Positions 63,474 through 64,000 of a stretch of DNA of 64,000 nt are shown one piece after another. The translations under genes were made by a program, and so were the position numbers. Below the pieces are notes generated by a model. The model did no database searches. It was not told the origin of the DNA and saw nothing but the letters and a program-made list of their open reading frames with translations. The DNA lies in assembly GCA_965153355.1 (NCBI GenBank), contig OZ231126.1, positions 27,714,001 to 27,778,000 on the forward strand, written 5' to 3'. The number at the start of each line of letters is the position of its first letter. Positions within the stretch are counted from its first letter, which is position 1. This DNA is from Flaccisagitta enflata (Eukaryota).

Positions 63474-64000
63474 GTAGGAAATATATATCTATACAGATCG
63501 GGCAAACCAGTTTTTCTTGACGAGTATTGCCTGGCCAATTTTGAATTCTTGAAGTTTATATTTCTTAAACTTGGAAGATTAATTCAGGGGCGGACAGCCT
63601 GAATAGGGAAAAAACCCAGAAGAGAAAATCATTGATAAATAAAGAAATGAAATGATAAAGAGGGAGCAAGAATGAAATCGTAAAAGCGATAGCTGGAGGA
63701 TAAAAGAGAATTCTCTTACTAGAACAGATGGTCAATGATCGGCTTAGGGCGAAAGATAAAAAACTAGTAACCTGGGGTTGATGATATCGTCGACAAACCG
63801 AACGGACAAACCAACGTAGCCTCTTATGCAGTTGTGTGTCCCCAACTAAGAAAAAGCAGCGCTTTAAAACCTGTTTTCATACTTATCAACTTAAAAGCGG
63901 GTGCGCTCTAGTGGTTCTCCACTCGATATTGTGATAGCACTATGCCAGCAAAAAGGAATTCACTTCTGATTGTTGGTAGAAATAGATTGAACCAATCGCC

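Overview
Repeat-rich, intron-containing eukaryotic DNA, most likely from an invertebrate animal (septin-7, CARMIL and CTU2 sequences are metazoan-like; degenerate TTAGGG motifs occur). Five protein-coding genes were reconstructed by hand from splice sites and reading frame. (1) A 10-exon cytochrome-b5-fusion desaturase on the minus strand (4027-1165) with plant/fungal Delta-8 sphingolipid desaturase (SLD) signatures. (2) Septin-7 on the plus strand (visible exons 7036-21158), whose 5' exons are absent from the window, so the desaturase may be nested antisense in one of its introns. (3) eIF2-gamma with a single intron (24479-27172). (4) CTU2 with six exons (27987-33796). (5) The 5' part of CARMIL/LRRC16 (48982-63473, continuing past the window). 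Introns and spacers are filled with non-autonomous DNA transposons (nested hAT elements with 8-bp TSDs; Tc1/mariner-, Chapaev- and piggyBac-type foldback MITEs; many Helentron-like HINEs carrying ~165-bp and 13-22-bp tandem repeats), minisatellites and microsatellites. Most ORFs in the supplied track are spurious. I saw no rRNA, tRNA, CRISPR array or transposase ORF. The most notable items are the SLD-type desaturase and its possible nesting, a polarised 19-bp array in a CTU2 intron, satellite-carrying Helentron-like elements, two GC-AG introns, a candidate septin cassette exon and the tight eIF2-gamma/CTU2 tandem. All family assignments come from motif recognition; no database search was run.
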